A stretch of DNA of 38,813 nucleotides from Octopus bimaculoides. Lineage: Eukaryota. The position numbers and the translations under genes were made by a program. Position 1 is the stretch's first letter. Every line of letters begins with the position of its first letter. Where the stretch lies: assembly GCF_001194135.2 (NCBI RefSeq), contig NC_068993.1:8577825-8616637 (forward strand), in the 5' to 3' direction. Under the pieces are notes generated by a model. The model was not told the DNA's origin, did not search any database, and saw only the letters and a program-made list of their open reading frames with translations. Shown here piece by piece: positions 1-11,870 of this stretch.

Positions 1-37
<37 letters not shown>

Positions 38-373
38 ACTCAATTTGAAAGATTTCCATTAAGCACCAATTACCCGAGCTCAAACATCTGGGTATTCGTA
101 GAGGATTTCACGGTAGCCAGAAGTTGTCCATTATTCACAAAATCCTATAGAACTTTTTACAGCATATCATGTAGTACGCGATCAAGCGCTTTTTGGGAAG
201 CGATGGGGGATTGACATGTGCAACCGTCGTGGAAGTAGAGTCACAATCGGTGGGTGTAGAATCGATTGGCTGATACTTGCAGACAACATGGCGTCTGCAA
301 GTATCAACCGACAGACAGACCGACAGACACACACACACACATTCACACTTATATACAGATATAAACACACACA

Positions 374-440
<67 letters not shown>

Positions 441-1264
441 NNNNNNNNNNNNNNNNNNNNNNNNNNNNNNNNNNNNNNNNNNNNNNNNNNNNNNNNNNNN
501 NNNNNNNNNNNNNNNNNNNNNNNNNNNNNNNNNNNNNNNNNNNNNNNNNNNNNNNNNNNNNNNNNNNNNNNNNNNNNNNNNNNNNNNNNNNNNNNNNNNN
601 NNNNNNNNNNNNNNNNNNNNNNNNNNNNNNNNNNNNNNNNNNNNNNNNNNNNNNNNNNNNNNNNNNNNNNNNNNNNNNNNNNNNNNNNNNNNNNNNNNNN
701 NNNNNNNNNNNNNNNNNNNNNNNNNNNNNNNNNNNNNNNNNNNNNNNNNNNNNNNNNNNNNNNNNNNNNNNNNNNNNNNNNNNNNNNNNNNNNNNNNNNN
801 NNNNNNNNNNNNNNNNNNNNNNNNNNNNNNNNNNNNNNNNNNNNNNNNNNNNNNNNNNNNNNNNNNNNNNNNNNNNNNNNNNNNNNNNNNNNNNNNNNNN
901 NNNNNNNNNNNNNNNNNNNNNNNNNNNNNNNNNNNNNNNNNNNNNNNNNNNNNNNNNNNNNNNNNNNNNNNNNNNNNNNNNNNNNNNNNNNNNNNNNNNN
1001 NNNNNNNNNNNNNNNNNNNNNNNNNNNNNNNNNNNNNNNNNNNNNNNNNNNNNNNNNNNNNNNNNNNNNNNNNNNNNNNNNNNNNNNNNNNNNNNNNNNN
1101 NNNNNNNNNNNNNNNNNNNNNNNNNNNNNNNNNNNNNNNNNNNNNNNNNNNNNNNNNNNNNNNNNNNNNNNNNNNNNNNNNNNNNNNNNNNNNNNNNNNN
1201 NNNNNNNNNNNNNNNNNNNNNNNNNNNNNNNNNNNNNNNNNNNNNNNNNNNNNNNNNNNNNNNN

Positions 1265-1493
1265 ATATATTTGTATGTGTGTTTGTGCGTCTGTGTTTGT
1301 CCCCCCAACATTGCTTGACAACCGATGCTAGTGTGTTTACGTCCCCGTAAACTAGCGGTTCGGCAAAAAGTGACCGATAGAATAAGTACTAGGCTTACAA
1401 AAGAATAAGTCCTGGGGTCGATTTGCTCGACTAAAGGCGGTGCTCCAGCATGGCCGCAGTCAAATGACTGAAACAAGTAAAAGAGTAAAGAGT
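1265..1493 (+). mobile_element. SINE family 1, 3' half (5' half lost in the gap 441-1264)
   Basis: Highly similar to 29300-29503. Confidence 0.8.
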
Positions 1494-1519
1494 AAGCTAC
1501 TTCATAATCTTTGTATTAG

Positions 1520-1655
1520 TTCTTCAGTGCCAAATCCACTCACAAGGCTTTGATTGGCCGAGGTTATAGTAGAAGGTACTTGCCCACGGTGTCACGCAAT
1601 GGGACTGAACGCAGAACTTTGTGATTGGAAAGCAAGACTCTTATCACACAGCCAC
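1520..1655 (-). mobile_element. SINE family 1, 5' fragment
   Basis: ccaaatccactcacaaggcttt...gggactgaac...cacacagccac. Confidence 0.7.
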
Positions 1656-2009
1656 GTCCGCACCAAGTTATCATGATTGGAAACATGAAAAAGATTCATC
1701 AAACAAAGTTTTCCTACAGCAGGAAACAGATTTGAATTATATTATAGCGATGTCTATGTGAAGAGAATATGATATTTGCCGTTCTTTTGATCTTCAGGAA
1801 TCAACATTAGTGTCTAAAACTGCTCTTGAGCCAATACGATATTATCTTTACATTATTTGTTGAATAATACAATTTTTAGTTTCAAATGGATCGGTTCCCA
1901 CTAAATGGTTATGATATTTCGAAAACAAAATGAGCAGGGCGTCATAACAATCAGCTTTTTTTATATACTCTGAAAAAGAGAAGGAGAAAACAACAGAAGA
2001 TAAAAACAA

Positions 2010-2202
2010 AAGGGTTGCTTCCCAACTACATAGTTCCCGGGTTCAATCCTACCTTCAGCAAGTGTCTTCAACTAGAAGCTACGGGCTGATCGAAGCCTTC
2101 AGAGTGGATTTGGTAGACGACGACAACTGAAAGAAACTTGTTTGTGTGTATGTGCGTGCGTGCGTGTTTGTGTGTGTGTGTGTGTGTGCGTGTGTGTGTG
2201 TA

Positions 2203-2238
<36 letters not shown>

Positions 2239-2990
2239 TGTCTGTCTGTCTGTGTATGCGTGTGTGTTTGTGCGTGTGTGTGTGTGTCTGCCTGTCTGTC
2301 TGTGTGTGTGTGGTTTTAAGTAGCCAAAGATTACACAAAACATCGCGAAGCTGATACCCGGTAAACCGGATCCAGGTCAGTTACATTTGTTTCTTTACCT
2401 ATTCCCAAAAGAAAACCTTTTAGCCGCAAGACATATACAAAAATGTATACACTAAACCATTTTTTTCTATACAAAAGACTCGACGCAACATGTGACTCCC
2501 CCCTTTGTTCCCTTCCTTCCTTTCTTCCTTCCATCCTTCTCACGTTATGTATGTTTATATACATTATATACGTCAAACTCACCTTAATAAAAAAAAACGT
2601 ATACCAATATATTTTCAATTGAACTATAATACGAAAACATTTATTCTCTGAAAGCGTTTCTAAACATTTTTATTTTTCTGTCTGTCTGTGTATGCGTGTG
2701 TGTTTGTGCGTGTTTGTGCATGTGTGTGTCTGTGTGTGTCTGTATATGTCTGTGTGCGCATTTATTTGTCCCACCACCACCACCACCACCGCTTGACAAA
2801 CAATCAAGCGGTGTTTACGTCCGCGTAACTTAGCGGTTCGGCAATAAAGAAGCCGATAGACTAGTACCAGGTTAAAAAAATTAAAAAAAATAATACTAGA
2901 ATCGATTCGTTCGACTGAAATTCTTCAAGGCCCCAGTATGGCCTCAGTCTGGTGATTGAAACAAGTAATGGAATAAAAGTGTAAAAGAAT
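2010..2990 (+). mobile_element. SINE family 1-like copy split by an approximately 400 bp insertion
   Basis: 5' half at about 2010-2310 and 3' half at about 2677-2990, with an exact 37-nt direct repeat at 2241-2277 and 2677-2713. Confidence 0.55.
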
Positions 2991-3294
2991 AACTGAACAC
3001 TTCATACTGTTATTCAAAATAGAGCAATTGAAATTGGAGCTCAAATAATTAAAGTGTTGCGACAGATGTAAAGCATTCCGTTTCTAGATACTTTACGCTG
3101 CTTTACGATGGAACTAGAAACAAAAGCAACTCAGAGCATATATCTTCTTGGTATTCATTATGTGAAAGATGTTGTTTCGGTTGCTTCTCAATACAACACG
3201 TGTTTCATCGTAGGAGACATTGGCTGTGTTGAGAGAACGCTACCACACAACACACACACACACATACATAATATATATTATTTTATTCTTTTAC

Positions 3295-3690
3295 TCGTTT
3301 TACTCGTTTCAGTCATTTAAATGCGGCCTTGCTGGAGCACAGCCTTTAGGCGAGCAAAATCGACCCCCAGGACTTATTTTTTGTAAGCGATGGTGGGAGG
3401 ACAAACACAGACACACACACACATATATATACATACGACGGGCTTCTTTCAGTTTCCATCTACCAAATCCACTCAGAAGTCTTTTTTAAAGCCTGGTACT
3501 TATTTCGTCGGTCTCTTTTGCCGAACTGTTTATGTTACGGAGACATAAACAAACCAACGCCAGTTGTCAAATAAGTACCAGGCTTTAAAAAGAAAAAGAC
3601 ATTTAAAAAAACCAGTACTGGGATCGATTTATCTGACTGAAACCCTTCAATGCAATGTCCCCAGCGTGACTGCAGTCGACTGACAAACGA
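3295..3690. mobile_element. Cluster of rearranged SINE family 1 fragments in both orientations
   Basis: gtttcagtcattt..gctggagcac.., ctaccaaatccactc, tttgccgaac..gttacgg, and gtactgggatcgattt..ctgaaa. Confidence 0.6.
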
Positions 3691-4521
3691 GTAAACATTA
3701 ACAGATAGATGTCGAACGTGGTATATACAATTTTTGCTTCTGCGATTTTTTTAAAGCTAACATCGTATGTTACAACAATAGTAAACAATTCTGTCTGTAC
3801 AATATGTGCTCGGACAGAAGAAAGAACAGTTATACACACGTTTCTGCTCTTTTTAGAGTCGTATATACAATACAACTTTTCTTTCTTTTTCTATCCTCAC
3901 ACATATAGTATTGTCTTATTGTTTACAATCGCAGTAACACATAGCGTTATCTGCAAAAGCCCTACAGACATGCTCCACAGTACATCACAGCAACGAAACG
4001 AAACGTTGTTAGCACACAAGTAATTTAATAGCACAGAGACATTTGAATATAAAAGAATTTGATTGGTTGAACAGCTGCTTCAATATTCAGTCGTAATTCG
4101 TCTGTAGAAGTTATTAGACTGACAGCGTACAACCGGACGGAAACTTAAGCTTAGAGTCAGTAAATGATTTCCCTCTAAGAACGTAATCAGTTACACTATG
4201 ATAATTTTTTTTTCTGAGACTTTAGGTACTTGCACGGCTCGGTGGTTAAGAAATTCGCTTCTTTGCTACGTGGTCTCAAGTTCTGTCTTGCTGCGAGGCA
4301 CCTTAGTGATTTGGGATTTTTGTTTTTTTCTACTATACCCTCAGGCCGACTTAAACCTTGTGAGCAGATTTGATAAACGGAAACTAAGAAGTTTGCTTCC
4401 CAACCGCATGGTTCTGGGTTCAATTCCATTGCGTGACAACTTGGGCAACTCTCTTCTACTACAGACTATGAATGAATTTGTTAGACGGAAATATAATATA
4501 TGTAACGATTTATTTTAGAGA

Positions 4522-4715
4522 TAGGCAGCGAGCTGGCAGAAACGTTAGCACGCCGGGCGAAATGCTTAGCGGTATTTCGTCTATCTACGTTCTGAGTTCA
4601 AATTCCGCTGAGGTCGAGTTTGCCGGGGTCGATAAATTAAATAGCAGTTGCCTACTGGAGTTGATCTAATTGACTGCCTTCCTCCGCCAAAATGATGGGC
4701 CTTGAGTAGAAAAGA
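4522..4715 (+). mobile_element. tRNA-derived SINE family 3
   Basis: ggcagcgagctggcagaaacgttagcacgccgggcgaaatgcttagcggtatttcg..ttctgagttcaaattccgctgaggtcga, with a B box GAGTTCAAATTCC. Confidence 0.8.
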
Positions 4716-4959
4716 ATTTATTTGAGAGGTTTCAAAGCCAACTCATCAGAATTATGTATAAAATTCATTTGCAGTAGATACTTGAATTATCAATAATTTA
4801 TACGCATATTCATTACATTTCCATATTACAAGCGAATCAAAGCAGACCACTGATTTGAATTAACCGGTGAATAAGAAGAATCATTAGAAAAAATAGAGAA
4901 TCAGGAAACACTCGAATGAAACCACAGTATGTGTGCGCGCGAGCGCGCGTCGCCGTCAT

Positions 4960-5160
4960 ACAGGTGTTTGCCAGTCCTCAGTGAAAAACCTGCCTGGCGA
5001 TGGGAAAATATTACCTTGCTTGGAAACAGGCGATAGTCGGTGCAAGGAAAAGCATTTGGCCGTCTGACGAATAATGTCTGACCCATGCAAACATAGAAAA
5101 GTAGACGTTAAAATATTGACAATGATGATGATGATGGTGACGACCATAACGATAAAGATG
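4960..5160 (+). mobile_element. SINE 3' part with (GAT)n tail, family 4-related
   Basis: gacccatgcaaacatagaaaagtagacgttaaa..gatgatgatg. A related minus-strand copy is at about 35020-35200. Confidence 0.55.
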
Positions 5161-5447
5161 ATGATGAATTTATGGTTAGGGTACAAGAGCTGTCAGTTTG
5201 CATGAACTCACCATAAATGTTCTTTTCTCCCGGGACCTTAGCTTGTACATTCACACTCGCGGGGCAACTGACTTCTACAATAGTGTATGACCTTTTGTTC
5301 CTTGTCCCACAGAACAATATCAGGTCAGTTGTGTTTGCACCGAATTGCTGTTTTTATTGGAGTGTTCCACCAGTATTATTTTGTTTTTAAGGTGTGAATA
5401 CCTGCTGGTTCTGACATGCCTTTGATGTATACGTCGGGGCAATCCTC
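5160..5447 (-). mobile_element. Degenerate C-terminal restriction-like endonuclease (PD-(D/E)xK) fragment of an RLE-type non-LTR retrotransposon (R4/Dong/NeSL-like)
   Basis: Manual minus-strand translation across 2 stops and 2 frameshifts: EDCPDVYIKGMSEPAGIHTLKTK*YWWNTPIKTAIRCKHN*PDIVLWDKEQK / TIVEVSCPASVNVQAKVPGEKNIYGEF / QLLYPNHKFII. This is the (R/K)PD..W.....EV.CP...K..K..Y pattern of RLE domains. Confidence 0.8.
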
Positions 5448-5449
5448 AC

Positions 5450-5500
5450 TGTATGTATGTATGTATGTATGTATGTACGGATGTTCGTATGTATCTATAA

Positions 5501-5533
<33 letters not shown>

Positions 5534-5610
5534 TGTATGTATGTATGTACGTAAGTATATACTTATGTACTTATGTATGTACTTATCTATGTATGTATAT
5601 ATGTATGTAT
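5450..5610. repeat. (TATG)n microsatellite
   Basis: Directly visible. Confidence 0.95.
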
Positions 5611-6464
5611 GTTCCCTTCAGACCCTTCCCTTATCGTGTTAGCGTATTCAGTTCCAATATCTCAACGTAAGAGAGACAACCGTAAAAAATAACCTTCTCC
5701 ATCACTTTGAATCTCTACTTCCGTCTTCCCCCGCCCCCACCCCTCTCTCTCTCTCTCACTCCCTATATATATATATATAAAATACAAAATGGGACAAGAA
5801 CGCAAAGCATCCAGACAGTTAGGTGATACAAAAAGGGGACAACAAAACATCCAGACAGACGATACAAAGAAACCAAGGACAGGTCATTCGGAGTTTTCTT
5901 TCCTCAGTCGAGTTCCAGATTATCTTTGCAATTTTGTCTGGTTATACTCGAGATTGCTCCAATTTGGCCAGCCCCAAGGAAAAACTAAGCTAAGAGCATT
6001 AAATTCCTTGGAAGAAAGCAGCGAATGTATACGAAAACAAGGACTGAAAAAAAAACGGAGAATGTTACACAAATACAAATAACAGGACATAACAACAGGT
6101 GTCTTTTGACTAAGGACGAATTAAATTAAGCTGGTGTGTGTTGAAATAAAGACTTATGGCAGGGATAATGACCACTACTACTACGGTTGTCGTTGAGAAA
6201 AAAAAAGACCCACTGAAGATCTCTCATATGAAGATCTACTCTCCAATGAGTTCTTACGAGAAATTTGAAAATGATATTGTAAGCCTTGACATCTGTTAAG
6301 TTTTCAATCGTACCAGTACGTACCATATGTGATGGCATATAGGACACACGGACATATTAAACGCACCCTGATTTCAACTGTGCACATTCAGGAAAGAAAG
6401 ATTTCTATTACATTAATCCTTTTATTACCATATTTCAGTGGCAATACATTAACTTTGTTGAACA

Positions 6465-6862
6465 AACGAGCTGGTAGGATCGTTAGCATCCCGGACAAGA
6501 TACCTCACGGCATTTTAACCGTCTTTACGTTCTGAGTTCAAATACCGCCGAGATCGTCTTTACCTTTTGTCTTTCCGGAGCACTGTAATCGACTTACCCA
6601 CCTCTGCCGAAATTGCTGGCTTTGTGCCAAAATTTGAAACCAATATTAGATACAGTGTTAAGGCGGCGAACTGGCATTTTTGTTAGCTTAACGACATTTC
6701 ATTCGTCTTTACGTTCTGAGTTCAAATTCCACCAAGGCCGACTTTTCCGTTCATTCTTTCGGAGTCGACAAAATAAGTACCAGTTGAGCACTGGGGTGGT
6801 TTCAATCGATTTATCCCCTCCCCTAAAATTGCTGGCTTTGTGCCAACATTTGAAACCAATCC
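6465..6862 (+). mobile_element. Two tandem SINE family 3 copies
   Basis: Two successive heads (about 6467 and 6661), each with ttacgttctgagttcaaat and the tail aaattgctggctttgtgccaa. Confidence 0.75.
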
Positions 6863-7049
6863 ATGATCTTTGTTTCAATTAATTTTGAAAATAATTGAAA
6901 ATTTAATCAAATAAGTTAGTCGTTATTAAGCTGATGTGTGGAATATTAATTAACTGGAAAAATTCTGATGGAAGGATTTAATTTAGATCCCCTTATGATA
7001 AAATGCTTGTATCATAGAACCAAAGGGGTTCTCCGGCAGGTTTTATTCT

Positions 7050-7467
7050 TTTATTTGTTTCAGTCATTTGACTGAGGCCATGCTGGAGCATTGCCTTTAG
7101 TTGAACAAATCGACCCCAGAACTTATTCTTTGCAAGCCCAGTACTTATTCTAACGGTTACGGGGACGTAAACACACCAACATCAGTTGTCAAGGAATGTT
7201 GGGGGGGAGGAAACAAACACAGACACAAATACATACGTACATACATACATACATACATACACACACACACATACACACACATACTCACACACGCACACAC
7301 ACACATATACGACGAGTTTCTCTGTTTCCATCTACCAAATCCACTCACAAGGCTTTGGTCGGCCCAAGGCTATAGTAGAAGACACTTGCCCAAGGTACTA
7401 CGCAGTGAGACCGAACCCGGAACCATGTAGTTAGGAAGCGATCTTCTTACCACATAGCTACTCCTGC
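7050..7467 (-). mobile_element. SINE family 1 copy
   Basis: Collinear with 35571-35965 (tgtttcagtcatttgact...ctaccaaatccactcacaaggctttggtcggccc...cttaccacatagc). Confidence 0.8.
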
Positions 7468-7684
7468 CCCTAAGTTGGTAACAAGGCAATTAAAGCTTGC
7501 AGGAAACCCAACTTCACACTTAGGGCCAGGGATGATTTTTGGGGACTGTTTTGCTTGGAAAAAAATGCGCTTTACGTCATCAAAAGTGTTAAATAGCCAA
7601 GAAAAAAGCACTTGCCAATGAGCTCCACCCGTCTCTCTCTTCGATCGTTGGCTTCCAGTCAATTCGTACGTGTACTGACAGAGC

Positions 7685-7804
7685 TCTCACTCTCTCTCTC
7701 ACACACTATCAGGTCTCATTTCTCTCTCTCTCTCTCATTATCTGTCTGTCTCTCTCTCACTCTCTCTTTCACTGTCTGTCTCTCTCACTTTCTCTCACTA
7801 TCTA

Positions 7805-7838
<34 letters not shown>

Positions 7839-7903
7839 ACTTTCTCTCACTATCTGTCTGTCTCTCTCTCTCGCTCTCTCTCTCACACACACTCTCTCTC
7901 TCG

Positions 7904-7935
<32 letters not shown>

Positions 7936-7965
7936 TTCTCTCTCTCTCTCCCCCTCTCTCTCTCT
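7685..7965. repeat. (CT)n/(GA)n compound microsatellite
   Basis: Directly visible. Confidence 0.95.
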
Positions 7966-8298
7966 GACACATATTCTTTCAATTCCGATGTGCCACCAGG
8001 GTACGGCTTTTGTTCCCCCTGCTCCACTTGCTATCAGTGACATGCCTGCTGTCCCCAACTGCTGCTACCCCAGTAGCACCTGTTCGTTCGCAGATGTCAC
8101 CACCCTTTATTCACTCTACCCTTCCACAAACAAGTGTCGTCTCCATTCAAATTAGACACGCTTCGCTGAATCTGCTCTGACCGAACAGAAACCTCTACAA
8201 CATCCTTTAATTTTAAGGGGAAACTCGTTTGGCAACCATATGGTTTTCGTTTCAGTCCCACTGCATGTCATTTTGAGCAAATGACTCATACTATTACC

Positions 8299-8415
8299 TC
8301 GGAGGCGCAATGGTCCAGTGGTTAGGGCAGCGGACTTGTGGTCGTAGGATCGCGGTTTCGATTCCCAGAGCCTTGTAAGTGGATTTAGTAGATGGAAACT
8401 GAAAAAAAGAAGCCT
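8299..8415 (+). mobile_element. SINE family 2 head fused to a family 1 internal piece
   Basis: ggaggcgcaatggtccagtggttagggcagcggac...ggtttcgattcccag is directly followed by agccttgtaagtggatttagtagatggaaactgaaa. Confidence 0.65.
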
Positions 8416-8419
8416 GTTG

Positions 8420-8451
<32 letters not shown>

Positions 8452-8525
8452 AAAACAAAAGACGGGGACAGGTGTATAAACAGCAAGCAGGTATATTATT
8501 TTGACGCTCGGGAAGGTGACAAAGT

Positions 8526-8561
8526 CTTTTAAGTTTCGAGCCTGCGCTCTTCAACAGAAAG
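8526..8561 (-). ncRNA. Degenerate minimal hammerhead motif (family C)
   Basis: CUUU-CUGUUGA-A-GAGC(GCAG)GCUC-GAAA-C-U-U-A/AAAG. Same topology as family A, with an A6->U core change and U at 16.2. Confidence 0.5.
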
Positions 8562-9301
8562 GAATACGAGGAAATAAACAGAGAGAGAATAAAAAAAACT
8601 TGTAGATTTAGCGGTCAATCATATATATATATGTGNNNNNNNNNNNNNNNNNNNNNNNNNNNNNNNNNNNNNNNNNNNNNNNNNNNNNNNNNNNNNNNNN
8701 NNNNNNNNNNNNNNNNNNNNNNNNNNNNNNNNNNNNNNNNNNNNNNNNNNNNNNNNNNNNNNNNNNNNNNNNNNNNNNNNNNNNNNNNNNNNNNNNNNNN
8801 NNNNNNNNNNNNNNNNNNNNNNNNNNNNNNNNNNNNNNNNNNNNNNNNNNNNNNNNNNNNNNNNNNNNNNNNNNNNNNNNNNNNNNNNNNNNNNNNNNNN
8901 NNNNNNNNNNNNNNNNNNNNNNNNNNNNNNNNNNNNNNNNNNNNNNNNNNNNNNNNNNNNNNNNNNNNNNNNNNNNNNNNNNNNNNNNNNNNNNNNNNNN
9001 NNNNNNNNNNNNNNNNNNNNNNNNNNNNNNNNNNNNNNNNNNNNNNNNNNNNNNNNNNNNNNNNNNNNNNNNNNNNNNNNNNNNNNNNNNNNNNNNNNNN
9101 NNNNNNNNNNNNNNNNNNNNNNNNNNNNNNNNNNNNNNNNNNNNNNNNNNNNNNNNNNNNNNNNNNNNNNNNNNNNNNNNNNNNNNNNNNNNNNNNNNNN
9201 NNNNNNNNNNNNNNNNNNNNNNNNNNNNNNNNNNNNNNNNNNNNNNNNNNNNNNNNNNNNNNNNNNNNNNNNNNNNNNNNNNNNNNNNNNNNNNNNNNNN
9301 N

Positions 9302-9351
<50 letters not shown>

Positions 9352-9711
9352 TCATAAACGCTCATTTATATATAAATAAATGCTGTGTTTGTGTGTGTGT
9401 TTTATTTATTGCCTCTCATCCTTTTCCGGGTCGATAAAATAGCAAGCCTGTCAAATATTGGGGTCGATGAATTCGGCTAGCGCCCTACCCTCAAAACTAT
9501 TGGTCTTGTACCAAAGTTTGAAACCATTATTTAACTAGTTAACCAATTAACTAATCGATTGCTCAGTTAATCGTTCAATCAATCAATCAATCAATAATTT
9601 GGTTTGTCAGAGTTCTTTTGTTGCAATTCGTGGCTTCACTAATGATATACCAAATTCCTCATGAAAGCGAAATGGATACACTCATCCACACACTATATAG
9701 ATATATATATA

Positions 9712-9870
9712 AGGCGGGCTGACAGAACCGTTAGCACGCCGGACGAAATGCTTCGCGGTACTTCGTCCGTCACTACATTCTGAGTTCAAATTCCGCTGAG
9801 GTCGACTTTGCCTTTCATCCTTTCAAGGTCGATAAATTAAGTACCTGTGAAATTTCGGGCCTTGTGCCTA
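9712..9870 (+). mobile_element. SINE family 3 (internally deleted)
   Basis: aggcgggctgacagaaccgttagcacgccggacgaaatgcttcgcggta..ctgagttcaaattccgctgaggtcgactttgcctttcatcc. Confidence 0.8.
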
Positions 9871-9881
9871 TAAGGAGAAAA

Positions 9882-9926
<45 letters not shown>

Positions 9927-11175
9927 ACAATATATGAGTATATGCATATATATGTACATGTATGTACATACCTTCATCTATATGTACATATGGATACATA
10001 TCTGGGTACATGACGTTGCAAAAGAACATGGACAAAATGATAAACAAGGTACAACAAACAAGCAGGCCACATAAAGAACATATCCTTCATCAGCTACGAG
10101 CTTCTTTCAGTTTCCGTCAACCAAATCCACTTACAAGGTTACGGTCGATACGAGGCAGGCTATAATAGACGATAGTTGCCCGAGGTGCCGCGCAGTGGGA
10201 CTGAGCCCAGAACTCTGTAGTTGGAAGCCGCTATTCATCGCTAGTCATCACTACCAGCACCACCACCACAACCACCACTATTATTCTCAGAGGGCTTCAT
10301 TATCTATTTCCTTGTTATCCGTTTTGTTGTTGCTGCTGCTGCTGTTGTTGTTGTTGTTGTTGGTGGTGGTGGTGAGGAAATGTCTTTTACTTTGTTTCCT
10401 TGTGTCTCTGATGACGATGGTAACGGCGGCGGTCGTGAAATGAAGCGTTGGTTTGGTTACAAACCGTTGCTTGGTTTCACGGTCGCCGTCACCACCACCA
10501 CCACAACAGCAGTAGTAGCAGCAATGAAATCCCGATTGGGGCTCTTTAAAAACGCTAAAGAGAAAGAAATAAAATACAAAAAAAAAAAAAAAGATTAAGA
10601 AATCGGTGCTGGTTTGTTTTCGATCCCGTAAGCATAGCGGTTTGGCAAAAGGACCCGATGCAATAATTACCAGACTTTAAAAAATATATATAGGTTCCGT
10701 GGTCAATGTAATCGCCTTAAAGGCGGTACTCGGGCGTAGCTGCAGTCTTATAACTGAAACAAAACACACACACACACACACTTTGAACGTAGATCAACGA
10801 AACGTTTAAGACAAACACATCAACCAACAAACTCACATAAACTTCAACACACACATACACACACACACATATACACACACTCACACGTACATATACACAC
10901 ATTCACTCACATATACAAACATATTTACTCACACATATTCAGTCACACACACATATTCACTCACTCACACTCATTCACACGTATTCACTCACTCACTCAC
11001 ACATACACACATATTCACTCTCAGACACTCACACATACAAACACACACACACACACACAGATGCACACACACACACACACACATACACACATATGCAAAC
11101 TTCCTTGTAGCAACGAACACATGTACTGACTCGGATATACAAACAAACGAACTAAAAAGAGGAAAAAAGGCTGAT

Positions 11176-11217
<42 letters not shown>

Positions 11218-11330
11218 ACACACACATTACACGCGCATACGCACCGAAGTCAATACATAAAGATATTCAGATACATACACAAACTCCAGTAACGCACTCA
11301 CGCACACATACATACACTCACATGTACACA

Positions 11331-11870
11331 ACAGAGCGAACCATGTCACACGAACCTATCTTACACACACACACATACACAGACACACGCGAACAGCACT
11401 AACCATGTCACATTAAACTGTCTTACACACGTACACACACAGACACACACACGCACGTATACACACGCACGAACGCAGATACACACGCGCGCGTGCGCTC
11501 AGAAGCAACAGCTCTAACCGTGTCACACGAAGCTATATTTTATACACACACACTCATACACACACGCACGTATTCATACACAGCTCTGTGTCACATTAAA
11601 CCATCTTGCACACGCACAGACTAACTCACGCACGCATACACACATACGCATACACGCAAACAGCTCTGTCACAGTAAACTTACACATACACACACATATA
11701 GATTCACACACACACACACAAACTCATACACAACAGCTCCAACCGTATCAGATAAAACCTATCTTACACCTACATACATAGACACAGACGCAGGCACACA
11801 TAAACACACACGCAGCCACACACACATACATACAACAACTCTAACTGTATCACATTAACCCATCTTACGC
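11331..11870. repeat. Compound minisatellite: 7 copies of an approximately 33-nt core separated by variable (CA)-rich spacers
   Basis: Core acagctctaacc(a/g)tgtcaca(cga/tta)a(c)c(t)atctta at 11331, 11393, 11508, 11580, 11660, 11733 and 11835. Confidence 0.85.

Noticed and set aside
135-1476. Long ORFs across N-gaps (also 8608-9437, 16105-16733, 22525-23054, 25822-27051, 27720-28061, 29457-29753)
   Set aside because: Open only because N runs and (CA)/(TA) repeats contain no stop codons.
5870-5915. CTGAGGA..GAAT on the minus strand in a repeat (5780-6170); similar partial cores at about 10080-10100 and 3170-3215
   Set aside because: Stem II or GAAA is missing, so these are too degenerate to call, although they may be Penelope-derived tails.
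8299-8370. tRNA-like sequences (also 25277-25345, 29104-29175, 33430-33502, 34545-34615)
   Set aside because: Each continues into a multi-copy SINE body and lacks a proper acceptor stem, so these are SINE heads rather than tRNA genes.
10408-10445. CTGATGA..GAAA hammerhead-like spacing
   Set aside because: No stem I or stem III pairing and no cleavage triplet; likely chance.
11331-11870. CRISPR-like repeat/spacer pattern
   Set aside because: Eukaryotic context, degenerate non-palindromic repeats, (CA)n spacers and no cas genes.
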